A program made the position numbers and the translations under genes. Below, piece after piece: positions 19,777-30,008 of a DNA stretch of 64,000 nucleotides. Numbering within the stretch: position 1 is the first letter of the stretch; each line of letters opens with the position of its first letter. The DNA is from Acidocella sp. (GTDB lineage Bacteria; Pseudomonadota; Alphaproteobacteria; Acetobacterales; Acetobacteraceae): the NCBI GenBank assembly GCA_965198835.1, contig OZ240675.1:534328-598327 (forward strand), read 5' to 3'. A model generated the notes under the pieces. That model saw nothing but the letters and a program-made list of their open reading frames with translations, was not told where the DNA came from and did no database searches.

Positions 19777-21018
19777 TCAATCCGGCCTAACAAGCCGGGC
19801 GATGAAGAAACCATCCAGGCCGCCGCGCTCCGGCCATAATCCCGGATGGGTTCTGATATCCTTTGCGGGCGTCACCGCTTCGGGTAGTGCGGCGAGATCC
19901 AGCGCCTCATGTTTAAGGCCCAGGCGACCGGCCGCGGCATCGACCCGTTCGGCGCCTTCCTGGGGCTGCAGAGAACAGACGGAATATATCAGCCTGCCGC
20001 CTGGGGCGAGAAAACCGGCGGCAGCTTCCAGCAACCGGTCCTGCAAGTGGACCAGGGCGCCGATGTCTCCTGGTTTGCGCAGGTGCAGCAAATCTGGATG
20101 ACGGCGGATGGTGCCGGTTGCGCTACAGGGCGCGTCCAGCAGGATTGCGGGAAACAGCTCGGCGGGACGCCACTGGGTGGCGTCAGCCAGGATCAGCTCA
20201 GCGGTTAGATTCAGGCGCTGCAGATTGCCTCGCAATGTCGCAAGGCGGGAGGCATCTCGGTCGACCGCCGCAACGATCCCGCCCGCCGCCGCCAATTGCG
20301 CGGTTTTGCCGCCGGGCGCTGCGCACAGATCCAGCACGCGTTCGCCCGGCACAAGGTTCAAAAACCGCGCCGGCAGGGCAGCCGCGGCATCCTGTACCCA
20401 AAAATTCCCTTCGGCGAAACCAGGCAGGCTCGCAACATGGGTTCCAGCGGCAAACCGGTAGGAGCCGGTCGGCAGTCTTTCGTGCCCGATGACACCCTGC
20501 GGCGGGATATCACTTGATTTCATCGTGATATCCAGCGGCGCCTCGTGTTGATGGGCGGTGGCGATCGCTCTGGCATCCTTGCCCCAGCTTGCCCAGGCCC
20601 AGGCAGGCGTATCCAGGCGCGGCATGTCCAGCGTGTCCAGCAGGGCCGGACCGGCCGTCGCGACTTTTCGCAAAACCGCGTTGATCAAGCCGCTAAACGG
20701 GTTGAGCTTCCTGGTTTTCGCCAGTTCCACGGCGGTTGTGACAGCGGCGTGCGGTGGCGCCTGCAGGAACAGGCTGGCGGCTGCGCCGAGCCATAGAATA
20801 TAGCGCACCGGCGGCGGCGGTTCCCTCGGCAGATAATTCTCCAGCACCGCATTCAGCGTGCCGGCATGCCGCAAGACGGTCGCAGCCAGCCGGTGTGCCG
20901 CACCCTTGTCGCGTGCATCGATCTGCGGGAGCGCATCGAGCGCGGCATCGAGCGAGGTATGGCGGCTCAGTACAGCAGTGAGCAAGGCGAACGCCGCTTC
21001 GCGAGTCGGGTCAGCCAT
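19777..21018 (-). CDS. rsmB: 16S rRNA (cytosine967-C5)-methyltransferase RsmB
   Basis: VLDLCAAPGGKT, DAPCSATGTIRRHPD and YSVCSLQPQE. Start at ATG 21018, because the longer ORF runs into the tRNA. Confidence 0.85.
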   Translation of the reverse strand: MADPTREAAFALLTAVLSRHTSLDAALDALPQIDARDKGAAHRLAATVLRHAGTLNAVLENYLPREPPPPVRYILWLGAAASLFLQAPPHAAVTTAVELAKTRKLNPFSGLINAVLRKVATAGPALLDTLDMPRLDTPAWAWASWGKDARAIATAHQHEAPLDITMKSSDIPPQGVIGHERLPTGSYRFAAGTHVASLPGFAEGNFWVQDAAAALPARFLNLVPGERVLDLCAAPGGKTAQLAAAGGIVAAVDRDASRLATLRGNLQRLNLTAELILADATQWRPAELFPAILLDAPCSATGTIRRHPDLLHLRKPGDIGALVHLQDRLLEAAAGFLAPGGRLIYSVCSLQPQEGAERVDAAAGRLGLKHEALDLAALPEAVTPAKDIRTHPGLWPERGGLDGFFIARLVRPD

Positions 21019-21030
21019 CAGACGGAGTTC

Positions 21031-21106
<76 letters not shown>

Positions 21107-21265
21107 GATCTGAATCTGCCTCGGAACAGGGTCCATCCGGTGGGCGGCTTCGCGCATCGGCGTCGCCAAGTCAAGCCGCTGGCCGGATTGGGCCAAGGAT
21201 TTGCTATCCCCAGCTTGGATGGCTACTCAAGCCGGCAACGCATTTGGACATGGGGATGGCTTGAT

Positions 21266-21574
21266 ATGCTCGGCGCGGTGTTCTGGTTATTAAGCGAGAT
21301 TATTCATCTATATATTCTTGCGATCATCATCGCAGTGGTGATCAGCATGCTGATTTCGTTCGGCGTCGTAAACGCCCATAGCCGTTTCGTTTACACTATT
21401 GCGGACTTCTTGAACCGGGTGACCGAGCCGGTGCTGGCACCCATTCGCCGGTTTTTGCCCAATTTCGGCGGCATCGATATCAGCCCGCTCGTTGCCATTC
21501 TCCTGCTGGAGTTCCTCGATCGCTTGCTCGCCTCTCTATATATTCATCTGGTCCTATCCGGCGCCACCTTCTGA
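21266..21574 (+). CDS. YggT family membrane protein
   Basis: 102 aa with two hydrophobic segments and RVTEPVLAPIRRFLPNFGGIDISPLV. The upstream part of ORF 20858..21574 crosses the tRNA and rsmB. Confidence 0.8.
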   Translation: MLGAVFWLLSEIIHLYILAIIIAVVISMLISFGVVNAHSRFVYTIADFLNRVTEPVLAPIRRFLPNFGGIDISPLVAILLLEFLDRLLASLYIHLVLSGATF

Positions 21575-21640
21575 TTGCTGACCTCAGCCTTATGTCAGCC
21601 GCCAACAAACAACATTTGAGAAAACAACGAAAGGCAGAGA

Positions 21641-24238
21641 TTGCTTAGTTCCATTGTTCGAATGGCCGCCTTCTCGCAGCGCCGGGCCGGGCTCGTCGTT
21701 GTCGTGGCGGTACTGGTTGCCGTTCTCGGCTTGCACTACAGCGCAAATCACCTGTCGGTCGATGCCGATACCGACCATTTGTTTGCAGCCTCGCTACCCT
21801 GGCGGCAAAGCCAGATCGCGGACGAGAAGAATTTCCCGCAATTCAACAAGCTCATCGTTGCAGTCGTGCGCGCAAAAACCCCGGAAGAGGCAACTGAGAC
21901 GGCAGCGGCCCTGAACGTCGCGTTGAACGCGGACAAGGCCAACTTCACCGACGCCGAGTATCCTGCAAACGCGCCGTTCTATAGCAATAACGGCCTGTTG
22001 CTGCTGCCGGTAAATAAACTTGCGAAATTGCTGGGCTCCATTGTAGCCGCGCAGCCTTTTTTGGGGCAGCTGGCGGCCGACCCATCGGCTCGCGGCCTGT
22101 TTACCGGGATCACGTTGATCGCGCAGGGCGTGCAGTTGGGGCAGGCCGCTCTTACACCTTATAATGGCCCCCTTAGCGGCGTTGCCAGAAATCTTCAGTC
22201 TGCCGCCGCCGGCGAGCCTGTGCCTTTATCTTGGCAAGGCCTGATTGGCGGTGACCTTGGAGACAACGCGGAATTCGTTTTGGCGCATCCGGTGCTGGAC
22301 CGGCAGAGCATTCAGCCTGGGGGCACCGCAACCGGCGCATTGCGAAAACTTGCCGCCACTCTGCAGGATGTCAAGGCCGGCCGCGCCACGGTCGATTATA
22401 CCGGGCAAATCCCGCTCTCGGATGAGCAGTTCGCATCCTTGACCAACGGCCTGTTGCTTGGCGGCATCATCAGCGTATTATTGATTGCGCTCTGGCTGTT
22501 CCTCGCCTTGCGCTCCTGGCGGCTGATCGTCCCGATCCTGTTGACCTTGGTTTTGGGCCTGTCGCTGACGATAACGTTTGCGGCGATTGCCATCAGCGAC
22601 CTGAATCTTATTTCGGTTGCCTTCGCTATTCTGTTTATTGGGCTGGCGGTCGATTTCGGCATACAATTTTCCGTCCGGCTGCGCGATGTCCGGCATGGCG
22701 TTGGTGATCTTGCCTTGGCCATCTCCGAAACCGCTCGCCAGGCCGGCGGCCAAATCGCGCTCGCCGCCGCGGCGACTGCCTGTGGGTTCCTGGCTTTTTC
22801 GCCAACGCCATTTGTCGGCGTCGCCGAGCTTGGCACCATCGCCGGCGCCGGCATGCTAATCGCCTTTCTCTGTACCATCACCTTCCTGCCGGCTGCGCTG
22901 TGGCTATTTGCGCCCAGGCCGGAATCCATCCCCATCGGCCTGCCATTCGGTGAGCAGGTGGACAGCTTCGTGTTCCATCACCGCCGCGCGACACTACTTG
23001 TTTTCGGGGTACTGGCGATCGCCGGCGCCATCGCCGCGTTAACGGTGGGGTTCGATGCCAATCCGCTGGATACGAAAGATCCGCATACGGAGAGTATGCG
23101 AACCCTGAACGGCTTGCTGAACGATCCGGCAACCAATCCTTTCTATGCTGAAGTGCTGACGGCAAATCTTGCGGCAGCCAAATCCATGGCAGCCAAACTT
23201 TCCGCCCTTCCGGAAGTCTCCGGCGTGATTTCCGGCGCGACCTTCGTTCCTGATGATCAGAACATAAAACTGGCGATGCTAGCGCAAGCACAAACCATTT
23301 TGGCGCCCACCCTTCAAACCACTTCGATAACCCAGTCAGGCGCCCGCGCTGCCGTTACGGTGCAGGATATCCGGATCTCCATGTCGATGGCGCGGGATGC
23401 GATATTAAAAGCCAAAACGCAGTTGCCCGCCAATTCACCGCTGTTGAGCATCGCGGACGCGCTGAACAAGCTGCTGACGAAAGACGACGCGCAGGTCATG
23501 GCGATGAATGACGCCGTCACCCGTTTTCTGCCAGCCGAACTGACTCGGCTGAACGAATCGCTCAACGCGAAGACCATTACCCAGGCGACCTTGCCGCCGG
23601 AGATCGCCCGAAACTGGTTCTTGCCGGATGGACGGGTGCGGGTCGAAGCCCTGCCGACGGCCGCGGCTCAACATACAAAAGGCCTGAGAGAATTTGCCGG
23701 CGCCGTGGTCTCGGTAGCGCCGAATGCCGGCGGACCGGCGATTTCCACGATTGCCACCGCACAAACCATCCTCGACTCGTTCCGGGAAGCTGCCTTTCTG
23801 GCCGCGCTGGCTATTGCGGTGATCTTGTTCATCGTGTTCCGGAATTTTCGGGATGCGCTGCTGGTGCTGTCCACACTCACGCTGTCTGCCCTGCTGACCG
23901 CGCTGTTTGCGAAAATCTACGGGCTGCAGATCAACTATGCCAATATTATCGCCTTGCCGCTGCTGCTGGGTGTCGGCGTATCGTTCAACGTCTACTTCGT
24001 GATGAATTTTCGGGCCGGGATGCGCCGGTTCCTGCATTCCGCAACGGCCCATGCAGTCTTGTTTTCAGCGCTGACCACCGGTACGGCCTTCGGCACCCTG
24101 GCCGCATCGCATGACAGGGGCACCTCCAGCATGGGCGTCCTGCTTCTGCTCAGCCTGCTTGCCGTACTGATCGCCACCTTTCTTTATTTGCCTGCGCTGC
24201 TCTACATTTTGCCGGAGTCCGATGCTCGAGAAACGTAG
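21641..24238 (+). CDS. MMPL/RND-superfamily membrane transporter (HpnN-like)
   Basis: 865 aa. Two blocks of about 6 TM helices, each preceded by a large soluble loop. TTG at 21641, first ATG at 21662. Confidence 0.75.
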   Translation: MLSSIVRMAAFSQRRAGLVVVVAVLVAVLGLHYSANHLSVDADTDHLFAASLPWRQSQIADEKNFPQFNKLIVAVVRAKTPEEATETAAALNVALNADKANFTDAEYPANAPFYSNNGLLLLPVNKLAKLLGSIVAAQPFLGQLAADPSARGLFTGITLIAQGVQLGQAALTPYNGPLSGVARNLQSAAAGEPVPLSWQGLIGGDLGDNAEFVLAHPVLDRQSIQPGGTATGALRKLAATLQDVKAGRATVDYTGQIPLSDEQFASLTNGLLLGGIISVLLIALWLFLALRSWRLIVPILLTLVLGLSLTITFAAIAISDLNLISVAFAILFIGLAVDFGIQFSVRLRDVRHGVGDLALAISETARQAGGQIALAAAATACGFLAFSPTPFVGVAELGTIAGAGMLIAFLCTITFLPAALWLFAPRPESIPIGLPFGEQVDSFVFHHRRATLLVFGVLAIAGAIAALTVGFDANPLDTKDPHTESMRTLNGLLNDPATNPFYAEVLTANLAAAKSMAAKLSALPEVSGVISGATFVPDDQNIKLAMLAQAQTILAPTLQTTSITQSGARAAVTVQDIRISMSMARDAILKAKTQLPANSPLLSIADALNKLLTKDDAQVMAMNDAVTRFLPAELTRLNESLNAKTITQATLPPEIARNWFLPDGRVRVEALPTAAAQHTKGLREFAGAVVSVAPNAGGPAISTIATAQTILDSFREAAFLAALAIAVILFIVFRNFRDALLVLSTLTLSALLTALFAKIYGLQINYANIIALPLLLGVGVSFNVYFVMNFRAGMRRFLHSATAHAVLFSALTTGTAFGTLAASHDRGTSSMGVLLLLSLLAVLIATFLYLPALLYILPESDARET

Positions 24239-24422
24239 CCTCAGCCTTTCCGGCCACCGCACCAGCATCGCCCTGGAACCGGAGTTCTGGGCCGCCCTTG
24301 AAGATATTGCCAAAGCCGACCGCTATACTTTGTCCTCCCTCATCGGCCGTATCGATAGCGAACGGGACGCCGAGCAGCCTTTAGCCTCAGCATTGCGGAT
24401 TTTCGCGCTAAGCAGGCGATAG
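24222..24422 (+). CDS. Small ribbon-helix-helix domain protein
   Basis: 66 aa. RSLSLSGHRTSIALEPEFWAALEDIA matches the RHH pattern seen in small alphaproteobacterial proteins. Overlaps the transporter's end by 17 nt. Confidence 0.6.
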   Translation: MLEKRSLSLSGHRTSIALEPEFWAALEDIAKADRYTLSSLIGRIDSERDAEQPLASALRIFALSRR

Positions 24423-24426
24423 CCGC

Positions 24427-26886
24427 TCAGGCCCGCAAAACGCCCCCCGTTGCCTTTTGCACGGCGCTAACCACTTTGGCCGACACCGCATCGATCTCTG
24501 CTTCCGTCAGCGAGGTTTCAAGCGGTTGCAGGGTGACGGCAATCGCCAGCGAAATCTGCCCGGAAGGTAGATTATGCCCGGTATAACGATCAAACAGCGT
24601 CACCGCGCTGATAAGTTTACGGTCGGCGCCTCTGGCGGCTCGAAGCACCGCATCCGCCGGCGTCGCCTCCGGCACCAGAAATGCAAAATCTCGGCGTAAT
24701 GGCTGAAAGGCTGATAATATCGGAGCAGCTCTTTTACGCCGTTTTGGTTCAGCGATCGCATCAAGCAGCAGTTCGAACGCCACCGTGCCAACCGGTAGAT
24801 CCAGCTTGTCGCAAATGTTCGGGTGCAGCGTGCCGAAATGGCCGAGCGTGACGCCGGGCCCCTGGCGGAGCACGCCGGACTGGCCAGGGTGAAAAAAGGC
24901 CGGCGCGTCGCCTGTCACCGATACTGCATCCACGGGAACGCTCAGCGCAGCAAGCACCGCCAGAGCGTCTGCTTTGGCATCCATGGCATCGAATTTTCGC
25001 GTCGGCGCCAGCGCACTGAGCGGCGTCTCGCCTAAGCGCAGACCGGCGGCGGCGAGCATTTGATGATCTGCCGCCCGGTACACAGGACCGATCTCAAATA
25101 AAGCAAGATCGGCATAACCTTTGGCCGTGTTTCGGGACGCAGCTTTGGCCAAAGTGGCGATAGAGCTTGGACGCATCTGATCGAGATCGGCGGCGATCGG
25201 ATTAGCCAGGCGAAGCGCTTCATTCGTCCCGCCAAACAGTTCTGCGGTAAAGTGATCCACGAAACTGAATGTGACACATTCCATCATGCCACGAGCGGCC
25301 AAGACGCGTCGCGCGACCGCCGTGCGCCTCTGTTTCGGCGTTAGATTGGGAACGGGTACGGCAGCCGTCACGGCCAGGGATATGGGAACAATCGCATCCA
25401 AACCCCGCAGCCGCAGTACTTCCTCGATCAAATCAACTTCCGGCTCAATCTCCGCCGCCCCAAAGGCCGCCTCGTTGGCAAGGACCATGTCCAAGCTGAG
25501 TGACTGATCCAGAGCGGAGCTTTGCGAGATGTCATTACGCCAAGACGGAACATCCATCACCACGTGATCGCCATCGCGCCGGTAAATCGAGAAACCCAAC
25601 CTCTCCAAGGCCGCCACTGCCTCATCAGGAGCGATCTCGGCGCCCCCAAAGCTTTTCAGCCGGGCAAAGCGCAGGCTCGCTCTGCGCCGCCAATGCGGCT
25701 CTACTCCGGCTTGGGTTACGGCACTGGCCTGACCGCCACATAATTGCAGGATCATCGCAGTGGCCGCATCCAACGCAGATGGAAGCAACGCGGGATCGAT
25801 GCCGCGTTCAAAACGCTGCCGCGCGTCGGAATGGATCGCGTGACGCTGTCCAGTCTGAGCGATATGTACCCTGTCGAAAAGCGCGCATTCGACAAACACC
25901 GCTTTGGTTGATTGATTACAACCCGTCGCCTCGCCACCGACGATTCCGGCCAGCGACTGCACGCCGTTCGCATCGGCAATGACGCAGTCTGCGGCCGCGG
26001 CCGTCAGCTGCTTGCCATGCAAACCCATAAAGCTTTCGCCGTTCCCGCGGCGCAACGTCAGGATATTGCCGGCTATCTTATCCGCATCGAAGACATGCAG
26101 CGGGCGACCAAGATCAACCGTGAAAAAATTCGTGATATCCACCAACGCGTTGATTGGACGCAGGCCAACCGAAATCAGGCGAGCTTTCAGCCAATCCGGA
26201 CTTTCACCATTTTTCAATCCAAAGACCACTCGGCCCAATACCCATGGACACGCTTCCGTATAGACATTCCGCCAAGTGATTCTACTGGCACCGCATTGGA
26301 TTATCGGAGCCGGCTGGAATGGTTTAAGACAACCCTTACCGGCAGCCGCGAGATCGCGTGCAATGCCGCGCACGCTCAGCGCATCACCGCGATTTGGCGT
26401 CACGGAGATCTCGATGATCGGTTCATCAAGCCCCGCCCAAGCCGCATAGACGGCACCAACCGGTGCGTCGGCAGGCAGTTCGATAATCCCGTCATGGTCT
26501 TCACCGAGATTTAACTCCCGCTTCGAAACCAGCATGCCTTCGGATTTAACGCCGCGGATTTCACCGACCTTAAGCGTGATACCGGTTCCGGGAACAAAGG
26601 CGCCTGGCGGCGCAAATACCGCCTTCATGCCACTGCGCGCATTGGGCGCGCCGCAGACGACCGAGCGCTCAGCGGCGCCTATATTAACCCTGCAAGCCCG
26701 CAACCGATCTGCATTCGGGTGCGGAACTGCTTCAATGATTTCGGCAATCACGAACGGCGCCAAAGTATCGGCGGCATTTTCCACATGCTCGACCTCAAGC
26801 CCGATCGCGGAGAGCGTTGCGGTGATATCTGCAAGTGTCGCCTCGGTCTCAAGCCAGGTTTTCAACCAGGAGAGCGTGAACTTCAT
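24427..26886 (-). CDS. pheT: Phenylalanine--tRNA ligase beta subunit
   Basis: 819 aa. MKFTLSWLK N-terminus, tRNA-binding, B3/4 and B5 regions recognisable. Overlaps the pheS stop. Confidence 0.95.
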   Translation of the reverse strand: MKFTLSWLKTWLETEATLADITATLSAIGLEVEHVENAADTLAPFVIAEIIEAVPHPNADRLRACRVNIGAAERSVVCGAPNARSGMKAVFAPPGAFVPGTGITLKVGEIRGVKSEGMLVSKRELNLGEDHDGIIELPADAPVGAVYAAWAGLDEPIIEISVTPNRGDALSVRGIARDLAAAGKGCLKPFQPAPIIQCGASRITWRNVYTEACPWVLGRVVFGLKNGESPDWLKARLISVGLRPINALVDITNFFTVDLGRPLHVFDADKIAGNILTLRRGNGESFMGLHGKQLTAAAADCVIADANGVQSLAGIVGGEATGCNQSTKAVFVECALFDRVHIAQTGQRHAIHSDARQRFERGIDPALLPSALDAATAMILQLCGGQASAVTQAGVEPHWRRRASLRFARLKSFGGAEIAPDEAVAALERLGFSIYRRDGDHVVMDVPSWRNDISQSSALDQSLSLDMVLANEAAFGAAEIEPEVDLIEEVLRLRGLDAIVPISLAVTAAVPVPNLTPKQRRTAVARRVLAARGMMECVTFSFVDHFTAELFGGTNEALRLANPIAADLDQMRPSSIATLAKAASRNTAKGYADLALFEIGPVYRAADHQMLAAAGLRLGETPLSALAPTRKFDAMDAKADALAVLAALSVPVDAVSVTGDAPAFFHPGQSGVLRQGPGVTLGHFGTLHPNICDKLDLPVGTVAFELLLDAIAEPKRRKRAAPILSAFQPLRRDFAFLVPEATPADAVLRAARGADRKLISAVTLFDRYTGHNLPSGQISLAIAVTLQPLETSLTEAEIDAVSAKVVSAVQKATGGVLRA

Positions 26887-28019
26887 CGCCCGATCCCTTC
26901 GTGCAGATTGGCTGGGGCAAGGGGTGAGAAACCGTAATGCCGCAGCCAGCGCACATCGTTCTCATAGAACAGCCTTAGGTCGGCAATCCCATGTTTCAGC
27001 ATGGTGATACGCTCGATGCCGACGCCGAAGGCAAAGCCCTGGTAGCGGCGGGGATCGATGCCGCAGTTTGCCAGGACGTTCGGATGCACCATGCCTGAAC
27101 CCGCAATCTCCAGCCAGTCCGATCCAATGCCGATCTCGCCGGTTCTTCTGCTCCAGGCGATATCCACTTCCATCGAGGGTTCTGTGAACGGGAAGTAGCT
27201 CGCGCGGAAGCGCGTGGGCAGGTCGGGCATACTGAAATAGGCGCGCAGAAAATCGACGAGACAGCCCTTCAGATGCGCCAGCGTAATGTCGCGGCCAATC
27301 ACCAGCCCTTCGGTCTGGTGAAACATGGGCGAATGGGTCGCGTCATGATCCGCGCGGAAGGTTCGGCCGGGCACAATGATCCTGATCGGTGACGGCTCGG
27401 ACCCGCTTGCTGTCTCCTTTGCCCAGTCGAGCATCGTGCGGATTTGTACCGGCGAGGTATGGGTGCGTAAAACCGCCGGCCGGTTGCCCAACGAAGCGTT
27501 TAGGTAAAAGCTGTCCATCATCGCACGCGCGGGATGATGGACCGGGATATTCAGCGCTCCGAAATTATGCCAATCGTCCTCGATATCAGGACCTTCCTTC
27601 AGCGCAAAACCCATGGCGCCAAAAATCGCGGCGATCTCTTCCATCGTCCGGCTGATCGGGTGTATCGTGCCTTGCAGCTCCGGCCGCGGCGGCGCCGTAA
27701 TATCGATCCGTTCGGCTGCCAAACGCTCGGTTAGAGCCGCCTCTTCCAGTTGGCGGCGCCGCGCTTCCAATTCTGCCGTAACTACACCCTTCAACTTGTT
27801 ACGCAGTTCTGCCCGCACCGGGCGTTCCGCAGCCGGCAGGCTTCCCACAGCCTTTAACAAACCGGTCAGCATCCCGGATTTGCCGAGCAGCTCTACGCGA
27901 CACGCTCCCAGGCTTCTAAGATCGCCTGTATTTGCGAGAAGAAGCGACGCCTGCAACGCATAGGGCTCCAAAAAACGCCGCTCATCGCTTTCAATTATGG
28001 ATCGGTCAGTTTCGGACAT
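26883..28019 (-). CDS. pheS: Phenylalanine--tRNA ligase alpha subunit
   Basis: HPARAMMDSFY, FRADHDATHSPMFHQTEG and GFAFGVGIERI class II motifs. ATG at 28019 (the ORF extends to 28034). Confidence 0.95.
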   Translation of the reverse strand: MSETDRSIIESDERRFLEPYALQASLLLANTGDLRSLGACRVELLGKSGMLTGLLKAVGSLPAAERPVRAELRNKLKGVVTAELEARRRQLEEAALTERLAAERIDITAPPRPELQGTIHPISRTMEEIAAIFGAMGFALKEGPDIEDDWHNFGALNIPVHHPARAMMDSFYLNASLGNRPAVLRTHTSPVQIRTMLDWAKETASGSEPSPIRIIVPGRTFRADHDATHSPMFHQTEGLVIGRDITLAHLKGCLVDFLRAYFSMPDLPTRFRASYFPFTEPSMEVDIAWSRRTGEIGIGSDWLEIAGSGMVHPNVLANCGIDPRRYQGFAFGVGIERITMLKHGIADLRLFYENDVRWLRHYGFSPLAPANLHEGIGR

Positions 28020-28286
28020 GCGCTGGGGAGACAATCCCGGCGTCGAAAAGTCAAGCCAGCGACGATCTTAACGGCAGCTTGCCAAGTGTTACATTTTATC
28101 AACAGTTTTGACTTTCTACGGTTAACTGGGTGAAATCAGACCCTGGAGACCCAAAATCCAAGGTTCAGATGCTTGACCCGTAACGGTTGAGCGCGCTAAG
28201 GCCCAACGGTATTTGCAGCCATAGTGGTTGCGAAAGCGCAGCTATGTCATTTTTCTCACTCATTACGGACAGGGACGGTTTTAGGT

Positions 28287-28781
28287 ATGAAATTCAAAGC
28301 ATTGGGCGCTATCGCCGGCCTTGCCCTGCTGGCAGCCTGCTCTCACTCGACGCCTCCCGCGGCAACTTCCACCATGGGTTCGGGCGCCGGCGCCACCGGC
28401 GCCGCTCCGGGCAGCGAACAGGATCTGGTCGCCAACGTGGGTGACCGGGTTTTCTATGCCTTCAACCAGTCGACCCTGAGTTCGGACGCTGATGCGACCC
28501 TCGGCCGCCAGTCTGCCTGGCTTGCAAAATATCCCAGCGTCAACATTCAGGTTGCCGGCAACTCGGATGAGCGCGGCACGGAGACCTACAACCTCGCCCT
28601 CGGCCAGAAGCGTGCCGATGCGGCTCGGGATTATCTGGTTTCCCAGGGTGTCGCGACTGCCCGCATCCAAACCATATCTTACGGCAAGGACAAGCCTGTT
28701 GCGTCCGGCAATGATGAAGCTTCCTATCAGCAGAACCGTAATGCGATCACCTCGGTTCAGGGTTCCGATCCACAGAGCTGA
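28287..28781 (+). CDS. pal: Peptidoglycan-associated lipoprotein Pal
   Basis: Lipobox LLAAC. OmpA-like domain with NSDERGTETYNLALGQKRA and NRNA. Confidence 0.9.
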   Translation: MKFKALGAIAGLALLAACSHSTPPAATSTMGSGAGATGAAPGSEQDLVANVGDRVFYAFNQSTLSSDADATLGRQSAWLAKYPSVNIQVAGNSDERGTETYNLALGQKRADAARDYLVSQGVATARIQTISYGKDKPVASGNDEASYQQNRNAITSVQGSDPQS

Positions 28782-28921
28782 TTATCTGCATCCGGGTATC
28801 CCCCGGATTGCGTGAGGCATAACAAGCCGGCGGTTCTCGTGATCGAGAAGCTGCCGGTTTTTTTTGCGCCCATCTTTTCATCGCCCGGCCGCGGCGTTAG
28901 ACGCATTTTGAATTTGGATTG

Positions 28922-29848
28922 ATGCCGATGCGCCGAAATAGTTTTGCAATTGCCGCCTTCGCCGCCCTGCTGCCGTTTGGCGCCGCCGCCCAACCGCTGG
29001 TGCAAAGCCAGGAGGGCATCGCACTGGAGAACCAGATCCTGCAATTGCAGAACCAGGTCCAGCAGCTGCAGTCATCAGGTGGTTCCAATTTGGGCACCGC
29101 GCCGCAGCCCCTTGCGCCTGCCCCGAGCACGGGCGCATCCGGACCGGCGCCTTCCAGCGACATTGTCGGCAACCTGCTCAACCAGGTATCGCAGCTGCAG
29201 GCGCAGGTGCAGCAGCTGAACGGCCGGGTTGATACGCTGCAAAATCAGGTCGATACGCAACATGCCGCCACTGAAAAAGAAATCGCTGACCTCAACTTCA
29301 AACTCGGCGGCGGCGCTCCGTCCACCGCAGGCGCGGCTGGAATGCCGGCGCAAGCGCAGGCGCCACAGGGCCCCGGCGCGCCGCAGAGCCTGACGGACGA
29401 CGCACTTGACACCTCACCCGGCGCACCCCCTTTGCCGCCCCCTCCAGGTTCCGGCACCTCCGCCTCGCCGCAAGCCGCCCTTGCCGCTGCCCAGGCAGCC
29501 CTTGCCCGACAAGATTACGCTGCCGCCGAAGCCAAGGCGCAAACGGTTCTTGCGAATGCCAAATCCAGCCCAGATGGATACAAGGCCCAGTACATCCTGG
29601 CCCAGGCGCTCTACGGCGAGGGCAAGCCGCAAGATGCCGCCATTGCCTATGACGACGCCTATAATCGCGATCGCACCGGAACCTACGCCCCAGGCTCGCT
29701 ATTAGGCCTTGCGAACTCGCTCACCGACATCCAGCAGCAATCGGCGGCTTGCGACACACTTTCTTCCCTAAACAGCCAGTTTCCTGCGCCGCCTGCCGGC
29801 ATGGGCCCGCGCATCCAGGCGGCTGAAGAACGCGCAAAATGCAATTAA
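28922..29848 (+). CDS. cpoB: Tol-Pal system protein YbgF/CpoB
   Basis: Signal peptide, Q-rich coiled coil (LENQILQLQNQVQQLQ), C-terminal TPR-like region. Follows pal. Confidence 0.85.
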   Translation: MPMRRNSFAIAAFAALLPFGAAAQPLVQSQEGIALENQILQLQNQVQQLQSSGGSNLGTAPQPLAPAPSTGASGPAPSSDIVGNLLNQVSQLQAQVQQLNGRVDTLQNQVDTQHAATEKEIADLNFKLGGGAPSTAGAAGMPAQAQAPQGPGAPQSLTDDALDTSPGAPPLPPPPGSGTSASPQAALAAAQAALARQDYAAAEAKAQTVLANAKSSPDGYKAQYILAQALYGEGKPQDAAIAYDDAYNRDRTGTYAPGSLLGLANSLTDIQQQSAACDTLSSLNSQFPAPPAGMGPRIQAAEERAKCN

Positions 29849-30008
29849 GACCCATCAAGTGAGTCCCATCAAGCTTGGTCCGGCCCGCACGCTTCGCCTG
29901 TTAAACATAAAGCGTCCAGGTTCTGCCTTGACATTGTAGCCGGCTGCGGATGCCAAGCTTCGATGGCCTTGTTCCAGATCAGTAGTAGAAGAAGCGCTTG
30001 CCGTAATA

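Noticed and set aside
28035-28286. pheST attenuator leader peptide (22-codon ORF MSEKNDIAALSQPLWLQIPLGL on the minus strand)
   Set aside because: It contains no run of Phe codons, and I could not see an obvious alternative terminator/antiterminator pairing.
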